Positions 1 to 10,179 of a stretch of 64,000 nucleotides of DNA are shown here, piece by piece; position 1 is the first letter of the stretch, and every line of letters begins with the position of its first letter. Source of the DNA: Spirochaetia bacterium (GTDB lineage Bacteria > Spirochaetota > Spirochaetia > DSM-2461); NCBI GenBank assembly GCA_963668315.1, contig OY764216.1, positions 2,080,001 through 2,144,000 of the forward strand, read 5' to 3'. A program made the translations under genes and the position numbers. The notes below the pieces were generated by a model. That model was not told the origin of the DNA, searched no databases, and saw nothing but the letters and a program-made list of their open reading frames with translations.

Positions 1-163
1 CGGGTGGAGTCCCCGATTCTTTAATCCAGCCGTAGGGCTGCTGAAAATCCCTAACGTATGAAAGGCTGGGACAATCTTTTTCAATGAATGAATCGGTTTC
101 TGGAATATATTTCATTCTCTTCGGATACTGATTCGTTTGCTCAATTATCACTGTGAATCTCAT
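1..163 (-). CDS. Inorganic pyrophosphatase-like protein, 5' part (runs off window)
   Basis: ATG at 163 with GAAAGGA upstream; my translation MRFTVIIEQTNQYPKRMKY...QQPYGWIKESGTPP resembles family I PPase-like proteins. Not in the ORF track because it is open-ended. Confidence 0.55.
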   Translation of the reverse strand, partial: MRFTVIIEQTNQYPKRMKYIPETDSFIEKDCPSLSYVRDFQQPYGWIKESGTPP

Positions 164-182
164 GCTGTCCTTTCTCGCCTCG

Positions 183-1514
183 TCAGTTCAGTTGGGATAA
201 TAATTTTTCCAGCGCGGCCCTGTCATCAAGTCGGGTAAAAAGCTTCTCCGAGGCTCTCTGGTTCGCCTGGTCAACGCTAAGCCCCCCGTCTTTGTATTCG
301 CCGCTGGACCAGAGGGACACTTCTCCCTCATCGGTTACATGGGAAAGAAAAAGCGTCGCGTAACTGATGATCATCCCGTAATCATTGGCGGGAGCCTGGC
401 GGAAAGAGAGGCGGGCCAGCAGATAGGGGCGACTGCTTTCACCTGTCAGGGGCGCCGTCTCCACAACGTCCAGATCATTGAGGAAGGAAAGGAGCCGGCT
501 GGGGATATCGCTGTTTTCCCAGGAAGATTCCACCAGTACGGGCAGTACATAGGATTTGACGAGGGCGGTCTGCCGTACCGAGGGAAGACGATAGCCCACC
601 GTATCCGTGAGGGGGCCCTCCCCGAAGGGAGACGCCATGGTCAGGGTATAGTCGGCGGAACCCGGTTCTGAACTGTCGGTAAATTCCAGGGAGAAGCGGC
701 CGTCCCTTTCCGTCCGGAAGCGGCGGATTTCCCTGTCCGTCCTGTCTCTGAGAACCAGAGTCACATCGCCGGGGTTCTCGTAGGAGGCTTTCCCGTCGGA
801 GGCGGTATTTTTCACTCGGCCCGCCAGGGAAACAGGTCTGCCCCTGGTAATTTCTCCGGGAAGATTTTCCCATTCCAGGGCCATTTCTCCCAGAAGTTTC
901 TCCGCTCTCAGAGTCAGAAGGGCATCCACCGATCCGTATTGCCCGAAAAGTTCCGCTTTGATGGGTTCTCCGCTGTAGAGGCGGGAGAAGGATTCCATCG
1001 CCCGGCCTATCACTTTCAGCTCCGTCAGGCTGTCGGGAAAGGTATCATTGAAGAGTTCCGCGGTCAGCGCCCTCATCTCATCGGCTCTCTCTTCAACGAG
1101 CCTGTCCCACTCCTCTCTGCTGAGCCTCAGGTATACCCAGTAGCCCAGATCGTCCGAGTAATAGGTATCCACCGTTTCTATCCGGGCCAGGTTGGATGAA
1201 ACGCTTGTCTCTATACTGCTTTCGTAGGATGAACGGACTCTCTCTCCGTCCTCCGATTCGGTCAGTTCGGAAGAAGCGCTTACTTCGGTATAGATGGAGC
1301 CGGCCAGATTCTGCAGGGCCTTCTGGTAGGCCGTGTCGCGGTCCTTGCTCTCCTTTCCCGTGCGGGATCCGCTGATTCCGATGTAGTAGTCACTATTGTT
1401 CCCGGGTGCTTCTGTCATCCACCGGGGAGGGGAGGTCCGGGACGCATCCGTGCTCAGGCAGGCGCAGAGGGAGAGAGTAATAATCGGTATAAACGAAAAG
1501 AGGACTTTATTCAC
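183..1514 (-). CDS. Lipoprotein with N-terminal LPP20-like domain
   Basis: Lipobox-like LCAC, then PPRW...YYIGIS...AYQKALQNLA, typical of LPP20 domains. Confidence 0.65.
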   Translation of the reverse strand: MNKVLFSFIPIITLSLCACLSTDASRTSPPRWMTEAPGNNSDYYIGISGSRTGKESKDRDTAYQKALQNLAGSIYTEVSASSELTESEDGERVRSSYESSIETSVSSNLARIETVDTYYSDDLGYWVYLRLSREEWDRLVEERADEMRALTAELFNDTFPDSLTELKVIGRAMESFSRLYSGEPIKAELFGQYGSVDALLTLRAEKLLGEMALEWENLPGEITRGRPVSLAGRVKNTASDGKASYENPGDVTLVLRDRTDREIRRFRTERDGRFSLEFTDSSEPGSADYTLTMASPFGEGPLTDTVGYRLPSVRQTALVKSYVLPVLVESSWENSDIPSRLLSFLNDLDVVETAPLTGESSRPYLLARLSFRQAPANDYGMIISYATLFLSHVTDEGEVSLWSSGEYKDGGLSVDQANQRASEKLFTRLDDRAALEKLLSQLN

Positions 1515-2641
1515 TGGTCAGCTCCTTTTTCCATTGTACACCCGATTTCCCCGAATATCTCTTTCAATGTCTCGATAAGGAAGTTTTCCTCCTCTTCCAG
1601 TATTTCCACCAGGCGGAACTGATTAAGGCAGCGGTCCCTGTTATGGTCGGGACGGCTGATTTTAAAGTATGTATCCCCGTTCAGGTAGTCCGTAAGAAAA
1701 CGTATGCCCATGATAAAGGCCATGGTTTTTCCCGAGAGGTAGAGGGTGTCCCGTTCCTCCCGGGTCAGGACCGCTCCCGTCTCTTCCAGAAATCCCCGGG
1801 CCAGCTCCCGGAAGAATCCCGCTTTGAAACCCAGCCGTGATAGATCCCTTTCGTCCTCCCCGGCCCCTGATACCGATGTGCGTACCATATCGCCGAAGTC
1901 AAAATGGATATAACCGGGCATGACCGTATCCAGATCGACCACGCAGAGGGCTTTATCCTCTTCGTCGAGGAGGACATTGTTGAATTTGGTGTCGTTGTGG
2001 GTGACACGCAGGGGAAGAAGCCCCCTGTCGCCCATCAGGCTGATCCGGCTCATCTCTTCGGACCGGGCGAAGGCAAAGGCTATTTCCCTTTCCATGGTCC
2101 CGGCCCGTCCCGCCTTGTCCCGCCGAACCCCTTCCTCCAGCGCCTGAAGGCGGGAGGGCATATGGTGAAACAGGGGGATGGTTTCGTGCAGCCTGTCCCC
2201 CGGAAGATCGGAGAGAAGGCGCTGGAAACGGCCGAAGGCCCGTCCTCCCTCCCGGGCGGCAGCCGGACTGGGTGCCCTATCGTAGCTGCGGGAGGGCCGG
2301 ATGTACAGGTAGAGGCGCCAGTAATCACCCCCGCTGTCACTGTGGTAATAGCCGTTCCGGCCAAGGGCTGGAACGGGCGTCAGTATCGGGGACGTCCTTT
2401 TCCCGCTATCCGCGGAGGCGGCTGCCATATGGTCTGTGACCTGGACGATGTTCTCCATTACCTTTTCCGGTTCGGCAAAAACCTCTTTATTGATTTTCTG
2501 GAGAATATAATCCGGTTCGTCCCCTTCTTGGGTTCTGACAAGGAAGGTGTCGTTTATATGGCCTCCTCCGTGGGGAGAGGCGTCTCTGAAGGTCCCGCGA
2601 TGGGCAAAGGTCTGGAATATTTCTTCTTTGGCAGAGGGCAT
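1511..2641 (-). CDS. Aminoglycoside-phosphotransferase family kinase (N-acetylhexosamine 1-kinase-like)
   Basis: GGGHINDTF, YILQKIN, HNDTKFNNVL and DLDTVMPG motifs; start moved to the ATG after an AAGGAG SD. Confidence 0.8.
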   Translation of the reverse strand: MPSAKEEIFQTFAHRGTFRDASPHGGGHINDTFLVRTQEGDEPDYILQKINKEVFAEPEKVMENIVQVTDHMAAASADSGKRTSPILTPVPALGRNGYYHSDSGGDYWRLYLYIRPSRSYDRAPSPAAAREGGRAFGRFQRLLSDLPGDRLHETIPLFHHMPSRLQALEEGVRRDKAGRAGTMEREIAFAFARSEEMSRISLMGDRGLLPLRVTHNDTKFNNVLLDEEDKALCVVDLDTVMPGYIHFDFGDMVRTSVSGAGEDERDLSRLGFKAGFFRELARGFLEETGAVLTREERDTLYLSGKTMAFIMGIRFLTDYLNGDTYFKISRPDHNRDRCLNQFRLVEILEEEENFLIETLKEIFGEIGCTMEKGADQ

Positions 2642-2717
2642 GGGCGCTCCTTTTGGCAGCTTGCTCAATTATGATCATTCCCCAATCGGAAAGGAAGGTC
2701 AAGATGTTGATCCACGA

Positions 2718-2746
2718 TTGATCATTCCTTTTTTTTGGATTATACT
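2718..2746 (+). promoter_or_regulatory. Putative sigma70 promoter of metG (near-leaderless)
   Basis: TTGATC-N17-TATACT, 8 nt before the ATG; no SD. Confidence 0.55.
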
Positions 2747-2754
2747 GACTCTCT

Positions 2755-4917
2755 ATGAAAAAGAGATTAGTAACTTCCGCTCTGCCCTACGTAAATAACA
2801 TTCCCCACCTGGGGAATTTGATCCAGGTTCTCTCCGCCGATGTATTCGCCCGTTTCTGCCGTCAGTACGGTTATGAAACCCTCTATGTGTGCGGAACCGA
2901 CGAATACGGTACGGCCACCGAAACGAGAGCCCTTCAGGAGGGCGTTTCCCCCCGGGAACTCTGCGACCACTACCATAAGATCCACACGGAGATCTACCAA
3001 TGGTTCGGAGTCGAGTTCGACGAGTGGGGGAGGACAAGCACCCCCCAGCAGACGGAAATTGTTCAGCATATATTCAGGAAATGCGACGAAGCCGGTTATG
3101 TGCGCGAGCAGAACATCGAGCAGCTTTTCTGCGAGAGCTGCGACAGGTTTCTCGCCGACCGCTACGTCCACGGCGAATGCCCCCACTGCGGCTATACCGA
3201 TGCCCGGGGCGACCAGTGCGAGGACTGCGGCAAACTCCTCGATCCCACGGAGCTGGTTAACCCCCGCTGCGGAACCTGCGGAGCCACTCCCGTTGTCAAA
3301 AGCACCAAACATCTCTACATAGACCTTCCCAAGGCCCTTCCCAAACTGAAGGAGTGGATGGAGAAGGCCAGTATCGACGGGTTCTGGGCCAAGAACGCCG
3401 TAAAAATGACCGAAAGCTGGATACGGGACGGTCTCAAAGAACGGTGCATCACCCGGGACCTCAAATGGGGTATTCCCGTTCCCAAGGAAGGATACGAGGG
3501 CAAGGTTTTCTACGTCTGGTTCGACGCGCCCATCGGTTACATCTCCATTACCATGTGCCACACCGACGAATGGGAGAAGTGGTGGCGCGATCCGGATAAC
3601 ACGGAGCTCTTCCAGTTCATCGGAAAGGACAATATTCCCTTCCATACGGTTATCTTTCCCTCCAGCCTTCTCGCTTCCGGGGAAAAATGGACCATGCTCC
3701 ATCACATGAGCAGTTCCGAATACCTGAACTACGAGGATACGAAATTCTCCAAGAGCAAGGGCATCGGCGTCTTCGGCAACGACTGCAAGGACACGGGGAT
3801 TCCCGCCGACGTCTGGCGCTTTTATATTTACTACAACCGCCCCGAAACATCCGACTTCAAATTCACCTGGAAGGATTTTCAGGAGAAGGTGAATTCCGAG
3901 CTGATCGGCAACCTGGGAAATCTGGTCAACAGAACGCTGACTTTCCTGAGCCGCTTCTATGACGGCAAGCTCCCCGAAGGGAAGAAGGACGAGGCTTTCT
4001 GGGCCGAAATCGCCAAACGGGAAAAAGCCGTTACGGAGAAGCTTGACCGGGCGGAGCTCAGGGACGGCCTCAAGGAGATACTGGCCCTTTCCGGATACGG
4101 CAACAAGTGCTTTCAGGACGGCGAGCCCTGGAGAACCAAAAACGACGATCCCCAGGCGGCGGCGGATCTGCTCTATAACCTGGCCTACCTCGTCAGAGAC
4201 CTGGCCATTCTCATCAGACCCTATCTGCCCGCTACGAGCGACAGCATCTCCGGTTTTCTGGGATGGGACGATTTTGACTGGAAATGCCTGGGGAATCTTT
4301 CCGGCCTTTCCGCATTCTCCAAGCCCAAACTGCTTTTCAAACAGCTGGAAGATGAGCATATCGAAGAACTGAAGATCAAATACGCCGGTTCCCAGGCCGA
4401 AAGACAGGAAGCGGCGAAAGAAGAGACTCTGGAAGATCAGTTCGCCGCGGAGATCGATATCCGGGCGGCGAAGATTACTTCCGTAGAGCAGCATCCCGAT
4501 GCGGAAAAGCTTTATGTTATTACCCTCGATTGCGGCGAGACGGAAGACCGGACCATCTGTTCAGGCCTGGTCAGTCACTATACGAGGGATGAACTCAGCG
4601 GTAAAACGATTCTCCTCGTATCCAACCTCAAGCCTGCCAAATTGAGGGGCATCAAGTCCAACGGTATGCTCCTGGCGGCCGAAACCGCCGATGAGAAGAC
4701 CATGGAAGTGCTTTTTGTGGACGCCGATCCGGGTACCCGCGTCTATCTGGAGGGAAAGGCCGATGCACCCGCACCGGAAAAGAAACTCAAGATCGACCGG
4801 TTTTTCGAGATTCCCGTAAAAGTAGCCGATCACAAGGTCATGTGCGGCGAAACGGCCCTGACCCTGGACGGCAAAATAATCACCGCCGAGAAAGTGGATG
4901 CCGGCTCCGTTGGCTGA
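2755..4917 (+). CDS. metG: Methionine--tRNA ligase with C-terminal tRNA-binding domain
   Basis: SALPYVNNIPHLGN, Zn-knuckle CxxC motifs, FIGKDNIPFH, KFSKS, C-terminal HPDAEKLY...NLKPAKLRGIKSNGMLLAA. Confidence 0.97.
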   Translation: MKKRLVTSALPYVNNIPHLGNLIQVLSADVFARFCRQYGYETLYVCGTDEYGTATETRALQEGVSPRELCDHYHKIHTEIYQWFGVEFDEWGRTSTPQQTEIVQHIFRKCDEAGYVREQNIEQLFCESCDRFLADRYVHGECPHCGYTDARGDQCEDCGKLLDPTELVNPRCGTCGATPVVKSTKHLYIDLPKALPKLKEWMEKASIDGFWAKNAVKMTESWIRDGLKERCITRDLKWGIPVPKEGYEGKVFYVWFDAPIGYISITMCHTDEWEKWWRDPDNTELFQFIGKDNIPFHTVIFPSSLLASGEKWTMLHHMSSSEYLNYEDTKFSKSKGIGVFGNDCKDTGIPADVWRFYIYYNRPETSDFKFTWKDFQEKVNSELIGNLGNLVNRTLTFLSRFYDGKLPEGKKDEAFWAEIAKREKAVTEKLDRAELRDGLKEILALSGYGNKCFQDGEPWRTKNDDPQAAADLLYNLAYLVRDLAILIRPYLPATSDSISGFLGWDDFDWKCLGNLSGLSAFSKPKLLFKQLEDEHIEELKIKYAGSQAERQEAAKEETLEDQFAAEIDIRAAKITSVEQHPDAEKLYVITLDCGETEDRTICSGLVSHYTRDELSGKTILLVSNLKPAKLRGIKSNGMLLAAETADEKTMEVLFVDADPGTRVYLEGKADAPAPEKKLKIDRFFEIPVKVADHKVMCGETALTLDGKIITAEKVDAGSVG

Positions 4918-5974
4918 TTCAGGCAATTATCTGCTCCTGAAAAAAGCGGAAACCGGTTCTCTCGCAGGAGGCGATAATCTCCTGCAGTCCGGGTTCTGGG
5001 GGCGGTTCAAGGAAAAGCAGGGATGGCGGACCTATCCTTTCCGGTACAGCTGGGAGGGCAGGGACCTGTCCCTTCTCGTGCTGGTCAGGCGTCTGGGGCG
5101 CATCCTGCCCATCGCCTATGTTCCCTTCGGCCCCGAGCTGACCGGTGTCCGGGATGCCGATCATCTGAGAGCCCTGGGAGAAGCGCTCCTGACAGAGCTC
5201 CCCCTGGGGACCCTTTTTGTCCGCTTTGATCTGACCGCGTCCCGTGCCGGATCTCCCGGCGATTCCCTCCCCGCCGAGGCGGGACTGACCAAGGCATCCT
5301 CCGATGTTCAGCCCCCCGATACGGTTATCCTCAATCTGAAACCTGATCTTGAATCCATCCGCTCGGGAATGCATAAAAAATGGCGCTACAACATCAGCCT
5401 GGCCGAGAAGAAGGGGGTGCGCGTTGTCGAGACGTCTTCCGCGAATCTCGGGGAATGGTATGAACTTTACCGGGTGACCGGGGAGAGGGATAAAATCGCC
5501 CTCCATCCCGAATCCTACTATCTGCGGCTTTTTGATATGGCCCGGGACAGCGCTGTTTCAGGGGGAACTGCGGGCAGGGATTATCCCGACCTGCGGCTGT
5601 GGCTGGCCTATTATGAGGATGAGCTGCTGGCCGGTATCATCACCTCTTTTTACGGGAAAAGAGCCACCTATCTTTACGGAGCTTCCTCCAACAGCCACAG
5701 GAACCTTATGCCCAGTTACGCTTTGCAGTGGGCAGCCATCCAGGCGGCAAAGGCGGGGGGCTGCGAAGAGTATGATTTCTTCGGGATTCCTCCCGCGGAC
5801 GATCCGGAACATCCCATGCACGGTTTATACCGGTTCAAGGTGAATTTCGGCGGAGATGTGGTCCATTACGAAGGGTGCTGGGACCGGGTATACGGAAAAC
5901 TTTTCTATACCCTCTATTCCCTGGCGGAAAAAGCCCGTCTCTGGTATTACAAGAAATTCCGTAAAAGGGACTAG
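4898..5974 (+). CDS. FemAB/FemX-family peptidoglycan aminoacyltransferase
   Basis: LLQSGFWGRFK, KKWRYNI, YLYGASS, YDFFGI and GLYRFKVNFGG motifs. Confidence 0.9.
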   Translation: MPAPLADSGNYLLLKKAETGSLAGGDNLLQSGFWGRFKEKQGWRTYPFRYSWEGRDLSLLVLVRRLGRILPIAYVPFGPELTGVRDADHLRALGEALLTELPLGTLFVRFDLTASRAGSPGDSLPAEAGLTKASSDVQPPDTVILNLKPDLESIRSGMHKKWRYNISLAEKKGVRVVETSSANLGEWYELYRVTGERDKIALHPESYYLRLFDMARDSAVSGGTAGRDYPDLRLWLAYYEDELLAGIITSFYGKRATYLYGASSNSHRNLMPSYALQWAAIQAAKAGGCEEYDFFGIPPADDPEHPMHGLYRFKVNFGGDVVHYEGCWDRVYGKLFYTLYSLAEKARLWYYKKFRKRD

Positions 5975-7533
5975 CTTTCCGGCGCATCCTCTCCGTTTAG
6001 GGGAAAAAGAATCGTCATCACCGTACCCGAAGGGGAGGACGATTCAAGGAAAATATGTCCCCCGTAGCGGGATATGATGCCCGAAGCCTGAGCCAGGCCC
6101 AGGCCGTCCTTGCCATCTTTTGTGGTGAAAAAGGGGTCAAAGACCCTGGTTTTGAACTCTTCGGGAATTCCCGATCCTCCGTCTTTGATTTCTATGCGGA
6201 TCCACCGGCGTATCCCTTCATCCCTGAAACGGGTGGATTCGGGCAAGGCCATCGGCTCCGTCCTCTCACTCATCATCGTGATCACCCCTTCCCCCGCCAT
6301 GGATTCCGCGGCGTTTTCCAGAAGATTGGAAATCACCTGCTGCAGATGCTTTCTCCCTATCCCGACGGTAATCCTTTCCCCGGGGGGAGTGACGACTATC
6401 CTGACCGGCGAACCGGAGAGTCTTTTCCACTCTTCGGAGATCTCTTTCAGAGATATGCCGATATCCACATCACCCCTTCCGTAGAGGTTCTGCCGGCTGT
6501 AGTCCGTCAGTTTTCTCATGAATTGAGACATCCGGCTGCTCGATTCCTTCAGACTGTTCAGAAGAGGCTTGCCCTCCTCAGGGAAATCGGGGACCATCTC
6601 CAGGTTATCGCTTAAGCCGAATATGCCGGTGAGGACATTATTGATCTCATGGGCCAATCCGGCGATGATCTGGCTGATGGTGCTCTCCTTCTCCTGGCGG
6701 ATGTTCTCCTCGTACTCTCTTTTCTGGTCCCGGATTATTCTGACCATGAGGCGCATGATGGTAAAATACGTCACCAGGGAGATGGTCAGGATCAGAAGGA
6801 AGGCCTCCAGGAAAGCCATATGCAGATTTTTTCTCGTCTCTATCCGGGCTTTCTCTGCATTCAGTTCTGCTGAGAGATAATAATCCGTATTATTCAGAGG
6901 GGCTGAGTCGGCAAGATCGGGATATTTCTTTCTTCTGAGGGGGCTTTCCGTTACGGAAACGTTTTTCAGGAGGGCATAGTGCTCCTGGGAGAAATCGCAG
7001 AGAAAGAAAACGGCCTGATCCCATCCGATGACGAGTCCGTTGTGCGTTATCCGGTGATTCAGAACAATATGGCACCCCTTTTCATTACGCATGAAGGAGA
7101 TTTCCCTGTCGGGAAAACCGACGTCGTTGGGAAAATTCACGGGATATTCGGCAATGAGACGGTTTTTGTCGTCCACCCTCCGAACATAGACAATATTATT
7201 ATAGACTTTCGCTCCGTCGGTATATTTAGGCTGGGTAAAGTTCCTGGTCTCATCCAGACTGTTCTTTCCCGTATACAGGGCATAGAGGGAGTCCCTGATC
7301 ATGGAGCGGCTCGATAGGGCGTCTATGTTTTCATGGGCCGTCTGAATCATATGATAGAAATTATTGGCCGTCAGATTCAGTTCATAGCGGAAATCGGAGG
7401 AGACCCTTTCCCTCTGGTTGAGTCCGTTGATCAGAAAGGTCCCGGCAAGCAGAAAAACTACGACCGAGAGGGTGAATAACAGTACCTGGAGATAAAAAAC
7501 GTATTTAATATCCTTCTGCATTTGTTTAATCAT
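5971..7533 (-). CDS. Membrane sensor histidine kinase (orphan)
   Basis: Two TM segments; H-box AGLAHEINN, N-box NLLENA, DGGSG, FDPFFTTK, GLGL. Confidence 0.9.
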   Translation of the reverse strand: MIKQMQKDIKYVFYLQVLLFTLSVVVFLLAGTFLINGLNQRERVSSDFRYELNLTANNFYHMIQTAHENIDALSSRSMIRDSLYALYTGKNSLDETRNFTQPKYTDGAKVYNNIVYVRRVDDKNRLIAEYPVNFPNDVGFPDREISFMRNEKGCHIVLNHRITHNGLVIGWDQAVFFLCDFSQEHYALLKNVSVTESPLRRKKYPDLADSAPLNNTDYYLSAELNAEKARIETRKNLHMAFLEAFLLILTISLVTYFTIMRLMVRIIRDQKREYEENIRQEKESTISQIIAGLAHEINNVLTGIFGLSDNLEMVPDFPEEGKPLLNSLKESSSRMSQFMRKLTDYSRQNLYGRGDVDIGISLKEISEEWKRLSGSPVRIVVTPPGERITVGIGRKHLQQVISNLLENAAESMAGEGVITMMSERTEPMALPESTRFRDEGIRRWIRIEIKDGGSGIPEEFKTRVFDPFFTTKDGKDGLGLAQASGIISRYGGHIFLESSSPSGTVMTILFPLNGEDAPES

Positions 7534-7571
7534 AGGTGAAAACCGGTGGCCGTACAAGCATAATTACCGGC

Positions 7572-7600
7572 TTGAAAAGAAAAACAAATCCGATTAGAAT
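7572..7600 (+). promoter_or_regulatory. Putative sigma70 promoter, leaderless start at 7607
   Basis: TTGAAA-N17-TAGAAT followed by 6 nt and then ATG. Confidence 0.6.
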
Positions 7601-7606
7601 AGCACC

Positions 7607-7894
7607 ATGTCACAGTGTGCCAATTGCGGGTCGCCCGTGGAAAGCTCCGTTTACAGAAATACTCTCTGCCCCGCCTGCGGAAAAGAGCTCCATTCATGTG
7701 TGAACTGCCGCCATTACGCCCCGGGGAAACCCTATGACTGCGCCGAGTCCATTTCCGAACCGGTAACCGATAAGCAGCGGGCGAATTTCTGTGATTTTTT
7801 TCAGATAAATACAAAAAAAGACGGCTCTCCCGATAAGAAAGGCGGAGGGGCACAGTCGGCCAAGGATGCGTTTGATGCTCTCTTCGGAGATTAG
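7607..7894 (+). CDS. Small Cys-rich zinc-ribbon-like hypothetical protein
   Basis: CANC, CPAC and CVNC plus two further Cys; C-terminal AKDAFDALF. Confidence 0.75.
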   Translation: MSQCANCGSPVESSVYRNTLCPACGKELHSCVNCRHYAPGKPYDCAESISEPVTDKQRANFCDFFQINTKKDGSPDKKGGGAQSAKDAFDALFGD

Positions 7895-8693
7895 GCAGAG
7901 GCCTGTCGCTGTTCTGGACTCGGGTATCGGCGGGATTCCCTATCTGGTCAAGCTGCGCAAAAAACTCCCCCGGGAAAATTACCTCTATCTGGCAGATCAC
8001 AAGAATTTCCCCTACGGAAGCAAGTCGGCTCAGGATGTGAGGCGACATGTTCTGGAAGCGGCGGACCGGCTCTTTTCTCTTGATACGCCCAAGATGATTA
8101 TCCTGGCCTGCAATACGGCTTCCGTCTCGGCTCTGCAGGTCCTCAGGGACCATGTGGATGTTCCCGTCGTGGGAGTGGTTCCCGCGGTAAAACCGGCGGC
8201 CTCCCTGTCGGGGAAGAGAACCATAGGCGTACTGGCTACGGAGAACACCGTACACGCCCCCTATCTGGACGGTCTGATCGAACAGTTCGCCGGAGAGTGC
8301 CGGGTGGTCCGGGTCGGCGCGGGAGATATCGTGACTTTCGTGGAGAACCGGCTTTTCTCCTCCGACCGGGAGGAGCAGGCGCGGCTCATCGCGCCGGCTG
8401 TGGAGGAGTTCCGCAGAGAGAAAGTGGACCGGGTGGTCCTGGGCTGCACCCACTTTACCTATCTGGAAGAGAGCATCCGGCATCTGTCGGGGGGAGCCTT
8501 TCTTCCGGTCGATTCCCGTGAGGGGGTGGCCAATCAGGCCGTGAGAATTCTGGATCAGAGTGATATGCTGAGGCGCAAGGGGGAGGGGACCTCCCTGTTT
8601 TATACAACCCGTATCAGGGAAGACGACTATTACCACAGGGTATGCGAGCGCTTCTTTCTGGAATACCGGGGCGAAGGGGAAGGACCGGTCTGA
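7866..8693 (+). CDS. murI: Glutamate racemase
   Basis: DSGIGG, FPYGSKS, LACNTAS, VLGCTHF. Confidence 0.95.
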   Translation: MRLMLSSEIRQRPVAVLDSGIGGIPYLVKLRKKLPRENYLYLADHKNFPYGSKSAQDVRRHVLEAADRLFSLDTPKMIILACNTASVSALQVLRDHVDVPVVGVVPAVKPAASLSGKRTIGVLATENTVHAPYLDGLIEQFAGECRVVRVGAGDIVTFVENRLFSSDREEQARLIAPAVEEFRREKVDRVVLGCTHFTYLEESIRHLSGGAFLPVDSREGVANQAVRILDQSDMLRRKGEGTSLFYTTRIREDDYYHRVCERFFLEYRGEGEGPV

Positions 8694-9613
8694 TGGAAGG
8701 AGTCGTTTATTTCGGCATTAATAATATCTATACAGTCAAGGAAAATCGTTCCGGCGATATTTTCCAGTGCCGCTTCAAGGGAAAGGTCCTTCGCGACGAG
8801 GAGGGGGAGTTCATCCGCGATGTCTATAATCCCCTGACCCCCGGCGACCGGGTCGAGTTCGAAAAGGACGAGGGCCATCCCGGCCAGGGAATGATCACCC
8901 TGAGGCTCCGGCGGGACAACTGGTTCTGCCGGCTGAACATCAAAAGAAGAACCCCCCAGTTCATCGCGGCCAATATCGATTATCTCCTCTGTTTCACCTC
9001 GGTGAAAAATCCGCCCTTCCGTCCCCGTTTTCTGGACCGGGTGCTTATCTCCGCCGAAAGGGGAGGTGTCAAGCCGGTCGTGGTCGTCAACAAAATCGAT
9101 CTGGGCATGGATGAAGAAACGGAGGAAAGACTGGCCCACTACAGGCTGATGGGATTTGAGATTTTCTCCTGTTCCGCCGCCACAGGCGAGGGACTGGAGG
9201 AACTGAACCGCTTTATCGGCCAGTCGCGCATCGCCGTGTTCGGCCAGTCCGGCGTGGGAAAATCCACCCTGCTGAATGCCCTGGAACCGGGAATCGATCT
9301 GAAAACGGCCGAACTATCGGATAAATACGACCGGGGAAAGCATACCACCAACTATTCTATGATGATCGACCGGGCCGACGGGGGGGGGATTATCGATACC
9401 CCCGGTATCCGCCAGCTTTTTCTCTGGGGGGTTGAGAAGGAAGAACTGGGCCACTATTTTTCCGAGATGGAGCCCTACTGGAGGGAGTGCCGCTTCTCCG
9501 GATGTTCCCATCGGGAAGAACCGGGCTGCCGCGTCCGTCAGGCCGTGGAAGAGGGGGCCATTCACCCCGACAGATACGAGAGCTACCTGCGTATTTACGA
9601 GGAGCTGGTTTGA
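8693..9613 (+). CDS. rsgA: Ribosome small subunit-dependent GTPase A
   Basis: NKID, GQSGVGKS, RGKHTT, DTPG, CRFSGCSHREEPGC; ATG overlaps the murI stop. Confidence 0.95.
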   Translation: MEGVVYFGINNIYTVKENRSGDIFQCRFKGKVLRDEEGEFIRDVYNPLTPGDRVEFEKDEGHPGQGMITLRLRRDNWFCRLNIKRRTPQFIAANIDYLLCFTSVKNPPFRPRFLDRVLISAERGGVKPVVVVNKIDLGMDEETEERLAHYRLMGFEIFSCSAATGEGLEELNRFIGQSRIAVFGQSGVGKSTLLNALEPGIDLKTAELSDKYDRGKHTTNYSMMIDRADGGGIIDTPGIRQLFLWGVEKEELGHYFSEMEPYWRECRFSGCSHREEPGCRVRQAVEEGAIHPDRYESYLRIYEELV

Positions 9614-10179
9614 GAAGACTGATTATCTATCTGCTGGTTTGCCCTCCTTTTCTTTTCTCCTGCCTGACCTTGCAGGGAGAACTTCTGGTCAATTCAGCCG
9701 ACAGCTATCAGCTTACTTTGAACTATTCCGTCAATAAAGAATTCGCCTCCATAAAATATCTTGCCAGTAATGCCGCCGTTCTGCCCCTGCCGCTGAACGA
9801 GGATGAGTGGCTGGCCTTCGCCTCGAAATCTCCGGGTGTTAAATTTCTGCCTTCCTATTTCCAGATCAGCGAAAGGGGTGAGAGGATCTCTCTGCAGGTC
9901 AGGCTTCTGCTGGACGATCCGGGAATTCTGGAGGAGCTGCTGTCCTGCCGCGTCACAGGGGAGGAAAATCCCGGCCGGCTGACCCTGGAATTCAACCGGG
10001 GGGCGGGAGAGCCGTCCGAAGAGGCCGTCGCCTTTATCAATGGCTATTGCGCGGGGGAGGAGATACGCTTTGACATGTCCGGACCGGGGGGAGCGGAATC
10101 ATCGGGGAGCTGGCCGCTCAGGGAACTGCTTCTGGCCGATGAAGCACCCCGAATCACCTTAGAATGGGAGGAACCCTGA
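9610..10179 (+). CDS. Hypothetical lipoprotein
   Basis: TTG start overlapping the rsgA stop gives MRRLIIYLLVCPPFLFSC (lipobox). Confidence 0.6.
   Translation: MRRLIIYLLVCPPFLFSCLTLQGELLVNSADSYQLTLNYSVNKEFASIKYLASNAAVLPLPLNEDEWLAFASKSPGVKFLPSYFQISERGERISLQVRLLLDDPGILEELLSCRVTGEENPGRLTLEFNRGAGEPSEEAVAFINGYCAGEEIRFDMSGPGGAESSGSWPLRELLLADEAPRITLEWEEP

Noticed and set aside
2767..4494. Long antisense ORFs (also 11899-13491, 25298-26773, 27207-28568, 52005-53300, 61140-62660 and others)
   Set aside because: They are shadows of well-supported genes on the opposite strand and carry no motifs.
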